Source: Armatimonadota bacterium (GTDB lineage: Bacteria; Armatimonadota; UBA5829; DTLH01). From it: a stretch of DNA of 64,000 bases. The notes beneath the pieces were generated by a model. That model was not told the DNA's origin. It made no database searches and was given only the letters and a program-made list of their open reading frames with translations. The stretch covers positions 1-64,000 of the forward strand of contig JBDKUN010000009.1 of assembly GCA_039679675.1 (NCBI GenBank), written 5' to 3'. Made by a program: the position numbers and the translations under genes. Positions 62,646-64,000 of this stretch are shown here, one piece after another (positions within the stretch are counted from its first letter, which is position 1; each line of letters begins with the position of its first letter).

Positions 62646-64000
62646 ATGATTATACAGAAACGGGCGTGCGGATTCGTCATACTTCTGGTTCTGGCACTCA
62701 TCGCTCCAGCCGTCGCGGCTCCGTCGGACGCCAACTTCAAGAAAGGTATCGAGTATTATAAGGGCGGCAATAACGCTGCCGCAATTACCGAACTTGAAAA
62801 GGCTGTGCAGGCTGATCCTAAGAACGCACCAGCTATGAGCTGGTTGGGTTATCTGCTGCTCAAGGAGCAGCGTGCTGCAGATGCAGTAACCTACCTTCAG
62901 ACCGCTTCGGAATTGTCTCCGAAAGACCCCGAGGTATGGAATAATCTTGGAACTGCCTACTACAACATAGGCGAAAATGAAAAAGCCATAGATGCATACT
63001 CCCAGGTAGTCAAACTGCGCCCGGCTTCGGCTGATTCCATCTACAACCTCGCCAACGCACAGCTCAAACTAAACAATCTGGCGGAGGCTGAGAAGCAGTT
63101 CCGAAATGCAGCGACTCTAAAGCCGAAAGATGTGAATGTTCTGAACAACCTGGGGCTGACACTCCAGCGGGAAAATAAGCTCGATGATGCGATTGTCACT
63201 TTCAAAAAGGCTATCGAGATAGAACCTGAAAACGCCACGCTGCTTTTGAATCTCGGCACAGCCCTCAAGTCCAGCGGAGACACAGCCGGCGCTGTGCAGG
63301 CATTCGAACACCTGGTCAAACTGAACAAGAACCTTTATTATGCTCACGTAGCGCTGGGTGAACTTATCTCCTCGGATGAGAGTAAGACCGATTCCGCTAT
63401 TGAGCACTACAGGCAGGCTGCAAAACTGCAGCCGGGTGAGTTCGCACCGAACTACAACCTGGGTGTGCTGCTTGCGAAACAGGGTAAACACAAAGCCGCC
63501 ATCGATGCATATAACGCCGCACTGCAGGTAAAACCGACCGATGTCGAGACCATGACCAACATCGGCTGGTCTCTCTACAAGACCGGCCGCACTGCGGACG
63601 CAATCAAACAGCTTAAGGTTGCCATCGATCAGGACCCATCTTTTATGACTGCACGGAAACGCCTTGCGATGATTTATACGTATGAGAAAGATGGCACGTC
63701 GGACCAGACCTTGAAGCAGAGCTATATGGACAGCGGTATCGCCGAGTGGCGCGAGATAGTCAAGCTGGACGGAAAAGATGTAGCTGCCAGAGTCAATCTT
63801 GCCAACTTCTATCTGGACGCGAAAGATGCCGGGAATGCTCAGGAGCAGTATCAAAAGGCGCTGGAGATGGATGCCGGTAACTCGTCGGCACGGCTTGGCC
63901 TGGGGCTTTCTCTGGTCGAACTGAATAAGATCGATGAAGCCATAGAGCAGTTCAGAAGCCTGGTAAAGTCGAATCCCAAACTCCCGTCGGCGTATAATAA
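62646..64000 (+). CDS. Exported TPR-repeat protein (runs off the window end)
   Basis: Read by hand: MIIQKRACGFVILLVLALIAPAVA signal peptide, then repeated WNNLG/YNLA/NNLG TPR motifs; absent from the ORF track, consistent with no stop in the window. Confidence 0.9.
   Translation, partial: MIIQKRACGFVILLVLALIAPAVAAPSDANFKKGIEYYKGGNNAAAITELEKAVQADPKNAPAMSWLGYLLLKEQRAADAVTYLQTASELSPKDPEVWNNLGTAYYNIGENEKAIDAYSQVVKLRPASADSIYNLANAQLKLNNLAEAEKQFRNAATLKPKDVNVLNNLGLTLQRENKLDDAIVTFKKAIEIEPENATLLLNLGTALKSSGDTAGAVQAFEHLVKLNKNLYYAHVALGELISSDESKTDSAIEHYRQAAKLQPGEFAPNYNLGVLLAKQGKHKAAIDAYNAALQVKPTDVETMTNIGWSLYKTGRTADAIKQLKVAIDQDPSFMTARKRLAMIYTYEKDGTSDQTLKQSYMDSGIAEWREIVKLDGKDVAARVNLANFYLDAKDAGNAQEQYQKALEMDAGNSSARLGLGLSLVELNKIDEAIEQFRSLVKSNPKLPSAYN

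Overview
Bacterial chromosomal window, probably Armatimonadota or a relative. That placement is an inference from the gene content and the C-terminal modules of the 1594-aa secreted protein. Housekeeping blocks are the pyrR-pyrB-pyrC-orf-pyrE-carA operon with a PyrR attenuator, ldh/nadA, gdhA, folE2-queC, tyrS and rpsB-tsf-pyrH-frr-uppS-dxr-rseP-ispG...proS...rapZ-yvcK-maf. Accessory genes lie between them: glycoside hydrolases with AraC/ROK regulators, an orphan family-1 encapsulin, tandem YD-like paralogs and several REP-like repeats. Top find: an AT-rich DRT2-type defence reverse transcriptase (45975-47234) with a structured upstream ncRNA. The antisense strand of this ncRNA carries a permuted perfect sigma70 promoter (TATAAT before TTGACA). 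A 144-bp template jump at a GTT microhomology would rebuild TTGACA-N17-TATAAT and create a stop-free 48-aa repeat ORF, i.e. a hidden neo-type gene that is not present linearly in the genome. Second find: three paralogous exported proteins with a conserved leader-like N-terminus, coupled to a radical SAM/SPASM enzyme, a candidate undescribed protein-modification system.
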